In this document: positions 43,601 to 52,600 of the stretch, piece by piece | How positions within the stretch are numbered: position 1 is the stretch's first letter | Layout of the letters: each line of letters opens with the position of its first letter | Source of the DNA: an uncultured Micrococcales bacterium | Lineage (GTDB): Bacteria > Actinomycetota > Actinomycetes > Actinomycetales > Microbacteriaceae | Reading direction: 5' to 3' | DNA length: 55,945 bases | Assembly: GCA_903893675.1 (NCBI GenBank) | Contig: CAITNA010000174.1 | Span: 1 to 55,945, forward strand | The notes under the pieces: generated by a model | Told to the model about the DNA's origin: nothing | What the model saw: the letters and a program-made list of their open reading frames with translations, nothing else | The model's database searches: none | Translations under genes and position numbers: made by a program

Positions 43601-46600
43601 GCTGGTGGTTACGTTGGCCGTGATTGTGGCACTACCCGCAGATGCGGCAATCAGCACGTCTCCCGTGGCCGAAACGGCTGCAGAAACGGACTCAGTAGAT
43701 CCAGTTGCGGTGAATGCTCCAGCCGAAGTGACGGTGCCTGAGACAGTGCTCGCCCCAGTGCCCGCAAGGTTCACAAGACCCGAGTTGGTGGTCGTGATGG
43801 TTGCAGCATCGCTGATAGCCAGGCCGTAAACGTTGATCGGTCCGGCTACCGAAACGGTTCCAGCCGAAAGCGTGACGTTTTGGTTGTTGGTCGACTTTCC
43901 GATCCGCAAGCTCGATGGTGGGCCGCTCAGGCCGAACCCCGAGGTTGAGAATGCAGAATTGAAAGCATTGCCCGAAGATTCGAAGACAACCGCACCTGTC
44001 GTCTTGACGGTGAGGGTAGGTGAACCTCCAAGGTTGTTACCGGTAACTGTCACGTTTCCAGTTGCAGTGCCAGTGCTCAGGGCTCCCAGGTTGATTGTTC
44101 CGGTCCAATAGATACCCTGAGTGCCGCCGTTGATGGTGACGTTGCCGCCGCTTGCCAAAATGTCGCTGCTGCCGCCGAAGTAAATCGCAGCAGGGTTAGT
44201 TGCCATGGTTCCGGTTTCAGTTCCAGAAATCGAAACATCGCCACCGCCAGATGCGTTTACGGTCAATCCGGCTCCACCGGTGTAAATCGCGCGGGTGTTT
44301 GTGGCAGTAGCGTTCGATGAAGTTCCTGTAATCGAAATCGCCGTACCCGAGGTTGCAGCCGACAGAAGCTTCACGTTGTTCGATGAGGTGTTTTCAATGT
44401 CGACACCGTTAGCCGAAGCGTTGTCGGTCTTGCCGTTGATCACAACGGTGCCGGTGCCGGCGTCTACCTTTGAACCACCACGGATGATGACTCCCCAGCC
44501 GTTTGCGCCAGTGCTCTGTGAGCCATACATGGTGATCTGGCCGCCGCCAGAAGAAAGAATTATGTTGCCGTCGGTCGCGGTGTCGCTGGTGCCGAGGCGA
44601 ATACCTCCGTCAGAGGCAGATACTGAATATGCGTAGCCGGTCGGGAATCCGTTTCCGTCTACCTGCGACGTGCCCGCAAGAACAATTGCGCCGCCGCTTG
44701 TTGTGATTGAGTCTGTGTTGCCGAGGGTGATGCTGCCAACAGTGGAGTCACCTGCAGCAGCCAGGTAGCGACTCCAGAGAATCGCGTTGCCGCCGGCGGT
44801 CTTGATTGCCTTCGATGCCGTCATCGTGAGGCTGCCCGTGGTCTTCAAGGTGATCGGCGCTGTAGCGCTGGTGTTAGCCGTGAAATTACCGCCAAAGCTT
44901 GCCGAACCGCTCGACGCGGTTACCACAATTCCTCCGCTGCCTACCGAGGTGAAGTCACCTGAACCGGTGACCGAGCCCGCGTTGAGAACCACGTTTCCGG
45001 CTGCGTTCAGGTTTCCGGTGCCCGAGTATGCACCCGTGGCATTGACGGAGATGTTTCCGTTGTTGGTGGTGGTCTGGTTTCCACCGATGGTTACAGCACC
45101 ACCATAGACATCGATGTTTCCGGCAACCGAGTTGGTTCCGTTCAGCGTGATGGCCGCGGTGTTAGTTGAAGAACCAACCTGCATGTAGCCCAGGCCAGTC
45201 ACAGACATGCCTGTGTCAATAGTTGATGCTCCCGAGAATGAAGCCAAATTGCTGATCAAGTAGAGCTTGGACGCATACTGGAATGCCGCTGCCGAAGCGA
45301 CTGTGCCGACCTGGATGTTGGTTGCCTTGATTGTGATGTCACCCGAAGTTGAGTTTGACGCCGAACCACCGATGAAGTTTCCACCTGAGTGTTCGCCCAA
45401 GTAGACCTGGTGGTTTCCGCCGTCAATTGTGATTTTTCCGCCGGTAGCAAAAACATCGGTGTAGTTCAGGGTGATTGAGTTTGGCGAGTTCGAGTTAGCG
45501 GCACCAACCAGGGAGATGTCTCCTCCACCGGTTGCCGTGATCGACATCTGGTGCAGAGCAGTTCCATTCCAGACGACAATGCCTCGGCCGTTTGTCGAAG
45601 TTCCAGCTGAGGTTCCCGTAATCGAGATAGCGGTGCCGCTGGTCTTGGCAGAAGTAATAGTGGTCTTGTAACCACCATTCAAGTTCATTTCAGTGCCGTG
45701 GCCGTTGTTGCCACCAGTTGGAGTTCCACCATCGGCAACGATGGTGACCGAACCGGTGCCTGAGTTGATGGTGTCGCCAGAGAAAATCTTCATGCCCATG
45801 CAGCCACCGCCGTCATAGGTTGACTTGCCCTTAAGCAAGATATTTCCACCGACCGAAGTCACCTTCACGTCGTCGACAGCAACGGCATTTGCACCTAAGT
45901 AAATTCCGGTGCAGTAGGTAGAGGTGCCACCCACGGCACTGCCGGTAGGAGTCGTATCAGTTGCTGCGGCTGACCCTGCAAGCGTGATTGCCGCTCCTTG
46001 AGTGGCGATGTCAACATAGTCGCCGATGTTGATCGAGCCGCTACCGCTGGCATCGGCGTTTGACCACAGAGTTACAGGGGCCGTGCTGCTCGTGCCAGTC
46101 ACGGACATCGGGTTTCGAGCAGCTGAGGTGCCCGAGTTCACAATGATGTCCGCGGTAGCTTTCACGAGAACACCGTTGCCGCTGGTCTCGGATGTGGTCG
46201 CGCCACCCTTGAGCGTGATGGTTCCGCCATACAGGGCAATGTCACCGGTCGATGAAAGCTTGTCGACCGTGATGTCCTGCGAGCTTTGGTTTCCACCGTT
46301 AGTGCCAGGCTTTCCAATCTGAATGCTCTTGTATGGGCCATTCCAGGTCGTTGCCCAGTCTGCCGCATTTGCCAATACTGCGTAGTCAAAAGTGCCAGCG
46401 TTTGGCGCAAATTTTATGTTTCCGGTGGTTCTTATGTTTGTGTAATAAGTGCAAATCGAATCTGCGTTGATTGTGAAATCAGAAGTCGAAGCAACGGCTG
46501 CGAGAGTTGCATATGCCGTGTAACCAGTTGATACGGCGGAAGGCAAAGCGCCGATGTTTGATGTCAAACCAGCTCGGGTGGCGAATCGCACCCCCCATCG

Positions 46601-49600
46601 GGTGCTTGTCGTCGCCTTGATGGCGTTCAATGTGATTGGTCCGGAATTTGAAATCAAGTGGTAGTAGTTGAGCTCGAGGATGTTGCTTTCCTCGGCGTTC
46701 GTTCCGAAGGTGCCTGCAGTGTGGTTCGCGCTTCCCTGAGTTCCCGACATCGAAATGCCGCCTCCACTCGGGGTAGCAACGTAAGTGTAACCGTCGAGTC
46801 CCTCAACGGCGTTTGAATGCACTGCAACACCGTTGTCACATGTCGCAGAATTTCCGCGCATGTAGATCGCATCCGTTGCCGATGAATCAGAAATTATGAA
46901 GGTGCTGCCACCCCATCCGGTCATGACCGAGCGGTGCCAGTTGTTCGTGCAGCCAGAAGCGGTCTTTCCGTAAATCGCGATCTTTCCGGTGCCCGCGTAG
47001 ACCATGCCAGTTTCCATGCCAACGCCGGTGGAGTCGTAGCCATAAACCGGGTTGTCTTGGCCGGCGATGGTGATTGGCCCGCCGCCTGATAGCAGCTGGT
47101 ATCCGGCGTGCAGCCAGACACCCATCACCTGGCCGTTTGTTGAGTACCACCAACCCTGGTTTGATGCCGCATAACCATCAGGGCGCCCGTCTCCCGCGAC
47201 TCGGCCGGCCATGTCGCCGCTGCCACCGTCATCGAGGCCACCACCAATTGTGATTGCGCCGCCATTAGAAGTCAGCACGTTGTTGTTGTCTAGGTAAATA
47301 CCTCCAAGACCATTGGCATCGGCATCAGCCCAAAGGGTGATGTCGGAGCCACCCGCGGTCATGTTTACGCCGTTGCTCAACTGGAGGCGGTCGGCAGATT
47401 TGACCAGGATTCCCACGTTTGGCGTGCTGTTGCCCGAGGCTGCGAGAGTGGTGTTTAGCTGCGGGGTTCCGTTCAAATTGAACTGGCCGCTGCAATAGAA
47501 CTTGATCGAACCAGAAGCATTGATGTTGTAATACCAAATTGTGCTGTAAGGGGTTGCTGATGTGGCATCGGTTGGTTTGCCAAGGGTGAAGTTTCTTACT
47601 CGAGACGGCATCTGAATGCGGCCAAATTGCCAGTGGCCCACGTTCTGAGACGCCGTGAAGGTGCTGCCCCATGGTTGAAGTGTCACATCGCCAGTGGTGT
47701 CGAAATAGTAACCAGAGGCTGAAACCGCATTTGCAAATTCAAAGAACACAAATTTTGGCGAGGAGAGCGTGATGTTCGCGCTGCTTGTGGTGAAGTCAAC
47801 GGTCGAGCCGCTAGCGGTTAAGTAGGTCTTGGCACTCGAGCTACCGATAGTCGACATGGCACCAAAACGATCGTTCATCGAAGCGTTTTCATCACCGAGG
47901 TAGATACCCGCCGACGATCGAGAACCAGCAGCGTCCTTTGAATAACCAGAGAACGTAATGGCGCCATCCTTGGCAAGCGCATCAGCCCAAGCCCACCAGA
48001 TTCCATTCATTCCATAGGTAGCACCATTGGAACCGATTCCGGTCACTCGAATTCCACCGCCTGGCGTCGTCGCCAAGTTAGCTGAGTCTTTCAAGCCAGA
48101 GGCAAGCAGGTGGAATGAGTTGTAACCCCATTGCGAAGAAAGCGTCGAATATCTCATTGCCGAGACGCCATATGCATTGGCGCTGGTGTTCGCACTCGAG
48201 TCACCATAGATGGTGATCGCCTCGGATGTGCGGTTAGCCGAGTGCCAGACCGAACCAGTATTGACGTTGTCTCCACCTTCACCGTGAAGGTAGACGCCGT
48301 AGTTGGTGATAGCCGAAGACATGGCCGATGCCTTGCCCCAGGCGCCGATGCGACCAGTGCCGGAATCAATGGTCCCAGCAACGGCGAGAAGCTCAGCGCT
48401 GGTTCCGCTGTTTGGGTTGGTAGTGGCATCCTGGGCCGCCATGTAGACATCGCCACCAGCAGAGAGGATCGAGTAGCCGCTGTTTAGATAAAGGCCCGGG
48501 TCTTGGTTGGCCACGTTCTGACCCACTGCATAGCCATCTGGCAGGCCATCGCCCGCCGCCATGGATGACCATCCATTCATTGATGGAATACCAGAGTCGG
48601 TGCCGCCATCATCCAAGCCGCCGCCGAGGTATATGCCGCCGCCCTGACTCTTCAAAGTCGTAGTGGCTGCAAGAGAAATTCGGCCACCGTTCGATGCCAC
48701 GCCGGCAACCTTGTCGCTATCGGCCCAGAAAACTATGTTGCCGCCGTTTGTTTGGAAGGTCGTGCTTGCAGCGTTGTAGACGTCACCCGTCGCCTTGACA
48801 AGCATTTTGTTGCCACTGCCAGTCACAGTCAGGTTGGCAGTCAAGTTGACGCTTGCTGCATAAATAGCGATTGGCCCGCTAATGCTCCAGGTGTCATAGA
48901 GGTTCAAAGGCCCAAACGTATCTGTCGTTTGATCCTTTCCCAGTGTGAATCCCGTGCAGTCACTCGAAATATTGATGTCGCCGCTTCCGACGGTAGAAAA
49001 TTGCGCAAATCCTGTAGTTGCCGTCGGCTGGATTTTTACGGTTCCTGCCGTGTTGAAAGTTGCATACAATCTTGCAGCTGTTCGCTCTACAACATTTGCG
49101 TTAATGGTGATGTTTGGGCTTCCCGAGGTAACTTGGCTCAGGGCGCCACAGGTTGCCGTTGAGCAGTAGCCAAAAATATTCTGTGTCGCTCCGGTTGTCG
49201 CACTACCAACCAACGCGATCTGCAACCCTCCAGAACCCGAGGTGTTGCTCGAGGTGTTAATCGTGATCGGGCCAGCTGACAGCACGTTGCTTGCACCGAA
49301 CCCGACCTCTGCCCAGGTGGAGCTTGGAGTGGCTTGAGTGCCTGTGACTGAGATTCCTCCGGTGCCAGTCGCCTGATAGTAAGTCTGGTTCGGCCCAGCA
49401 CTGTTAAATCCAGACAAGAAGCCAAATGATGAACCGCTCACTGCGTTGAACTTGATTGCAGGCGCCGTGTTGCTGCTTGAGAAGAACTCGGTTACTGCAG
49501 TCGGAGTTAGTCGTGAAATCTGGAGCGCTCCGGCATTTATCGAGTTCTGTGAATCAATGTCGATTTGCCCGCCATTGGCCCAGAGCGTAGTCGCGCCAGT

Positions 49601-52600
49601 GAAGCAAGTTGTGTCTATCCCGACCGCGTAGCCCTTGGCCTTGACTCGGAAGTCGCCGCCACCGGTGTAGTACTTTGTCGTTTCGGTCGCGGTGCTTGAG
49701 CTGCCACTTTCGAAACCACAGAGACCCGTTCCCGTCGCCCTCATTGCGAGATATCCAGTCGGGCTTGTGGTGCCGGCGCTGCCACCACCAATGATGATGT
49801 TTCCGCCACCGGTCGACGTTCTAGTGACATCGCCGTTAATTGTGTTAAGAGTGCTAGTTGCGCCAATCCAAACGCTGCCTCCATTTGTTGCATCGGCATC
49901 GCTGTCACCCCACAGCACGATGTCACCCTTGTTGGTTCTGTAACTCATGCCTTTGGCGCCAAGGTCAACATTTCGAGCAGACTTCATGAAAATCGTAGAA
50001 CCCGCGCCCGTAACCGTCATGTTTGAGCTTGCGTTATTCACGACGTCAGTAGTCGCTCCGGTGTTCACGAGTGAAATTCCCGCGACGGTGGTTATTCCAC
50101 CTGAGATGCTAATTCCCGAAGATGCTTGGTAATTCAACAAACCGTTGCTGCCAGTCGCGGTCATGCCAGACGATTGAGTGATCAAACCGCCATAAACCTG
50201 GATGGGGCCGGCAACCGATTGCGAGCCAGAAATCGTAATGTTCGCGGTGTTAGTGCTTCGACCTATTGTCAGCCCTGTCGAGGTGGTGTCGACCGAAAGG
50301 TTCGTGATTGTCTGCGCAGAACCGAAATAGTTGTTGCCAACCGGTGGTTCGATGGTCTTAGTGCCCGCGCCACCAAGAGTCGTTGTGCTGGTCAAGTTAT
50401 TGAACTGAGGATTGTTGAGCTGCAAGTTCACACTCGTGCCAGAGCTGATGGTGTTGTTAGTTCCGCTGAAGTAACTGCTCGAAGAAGCAGACCCCTTGAT
50501 CACAACCGCACCGGTCGCGCTCGAGACGGTGTTTGAACCTAAGGTCTCTCGCAGGAACAGCACGTCATAGCAGTTGGATGCCGTAGTCGCACGGCCTTCA
50601 ATCGTGATAGCACCGCTAGAAGAAGTTACGTTCGATGTGTAGAACAGCACACCGCGGCGACTGCCGAGTGAGTTGCCCGAAGCGTCGCCCAGGATGTTGA
50701 TGTTTCCAGAGCCAGTGGTGATTGTCGCCAAAGTCGCGTTGTTGGTTCCAATGAAGACCCCGTAGTGGTTGTTGGCGGCGTCACTGTTAGTTGCATCGAC
50801 CTTTCCATTGATGGTCACAACACCAGAGGCGGTTGTAATGCTCGATGTGTAGTCCATCTGCACACCCTGGCGAGTTGAGGTTGTGGTCGCAGCCTCTTCA
50901 CCACGGATGGTCACTGCACCCGCACCAGTCGAGATTGAGCCTTGGAACAAGACGCCGGTCTCGGTGGTGGCCGAGGTTCCCTTTGCCCAAGATGTGGTGT
51001 TGTCGGTTCCACCCGAAAGCGAGACATCGCCACCGCTGGTCGATATGGCAGCAGCTGCCGCAACTTTGATGCCTCCACCACGACTGGTTGCCGCGTCGGT
51101 GTCAGACCAAAGGGTTACTGCACCACCATTGGTGGTCAGGTTGTTGCTGTCGATGATGTCGGTGGCAGCCTTGACTGTGATCGCGTTGCCCGACCCGGTC
51201 ACTGCCTGGTTGGCGCTGATAGTGACAGAGCTACCGGTCGAAGTAAGGTTTAGCGCGCCGGCGGTGCTCCAGGCGTTTGGCAGGGTGAGTGCCTTAGAAA
51301 CCGAGATCGAGGCCGATCCTCCGGCCGAGAAGGTGCCCAGCTTCGTGAAGTCATCGGCGCTGGCGATGCTCGAGCTGGTGAGCGAGACCGAACCGGTGCC
51401 CGAGGTCGAGATGCTGGTGTTTGCGGTGGCAAACAGGAAGCCCGCAACATTCGAGGCCGGCTGTGCCGAGATCGAGATATTGCCGTTTACCGCGCTAACG
51501 GTCGAATTCTCAAACAGGATTGCCTGCTGATTGGCGTTGCTGGCCGCGGTAGTAACAGCGGTGACAGTGATGTTTCCATTCCCCGTGGTGGTCAGAGTCG
51601 GGCTTGGGTTGGTGGTGTTCGAGCCCATTCGGAAAGCTCGGTGCGAAGCATTTAGGTCAGTCAAATCACTGGCGATCAAACCCTTGATGGTGACGTTTCC
51701 GCCAACACCTTGCACGTATCCGTTCGATGCGATGTAAACGCCGGCGGCATCGGCAGTTCCGGTGCCCTCTTGGCCGTTAATGGTGATGGCACCGCCACCC
51801 GAGTTCACGACACCGGCGATGTAGACACCCGAGTCATCGGCTTCCTTCAAACCGCCAATGGCGCCAGTTCCGTTGTAAGCAGTGTTGTAACCAACGGCAT
51901 AACCGGTGGTGAGGTTCCAGTCACCACCAGCCAGGATGATGTTTCCACCACCCGAAACGAATCCACCGGTTGAAGAGGTGATAGCAATCGGTCCGCCGTT
52001 TGCTCCAGTGAGACCATCCGTGTTTGAAAGCACAGTGATGTTGCCGTTGTTCAAGGTCAGCTTGCCGTCGACTGCGACATAACCACCCGCGGCAATCTTC
52101 ACTGAGCTACCAGAAGTGGTCGCAGTCGCGCTGGCTCCGAGATAGAAGTTTCCGGTGGTCAGCAGGTTGACCGAACTCAAGTTCAACTGCGTAGTCAGGT
52201 CAGCAGTGGTAAGTGTTGCAACACCAGTGTTGGTTGTGTACCAAGTTCCGTTGACAAACAAACCGCCGGCGTCGGTGCTACCCGAACTCACAACATTTAG
52301 GTACGCAGGGATACCCGAAACGGTTTGCGTGGCACTGATGTAACCAGTTGCCGAGTACGTCAGCGTTGCGCCAGCAATCGAACCACTCGACTGTGTGATC
52401 GTGGCGCCAGAGAAGGTTGCGGTTCCTGCAGAAGCTGCAGCGGTGTTATTGGTGACGGTTCCGATCGAGCTCGCGAGCGTAACGGTTGCGGTTCCGCCAT
52501 CGGTGAGTGTGACAACCGGCTGAGTTGCAAGTGCAACACCGCTTTGTGCACCGGCCGCGTTTGTTGAAATGGTTACGAAATTACCCTTCACGGCCTTCGT

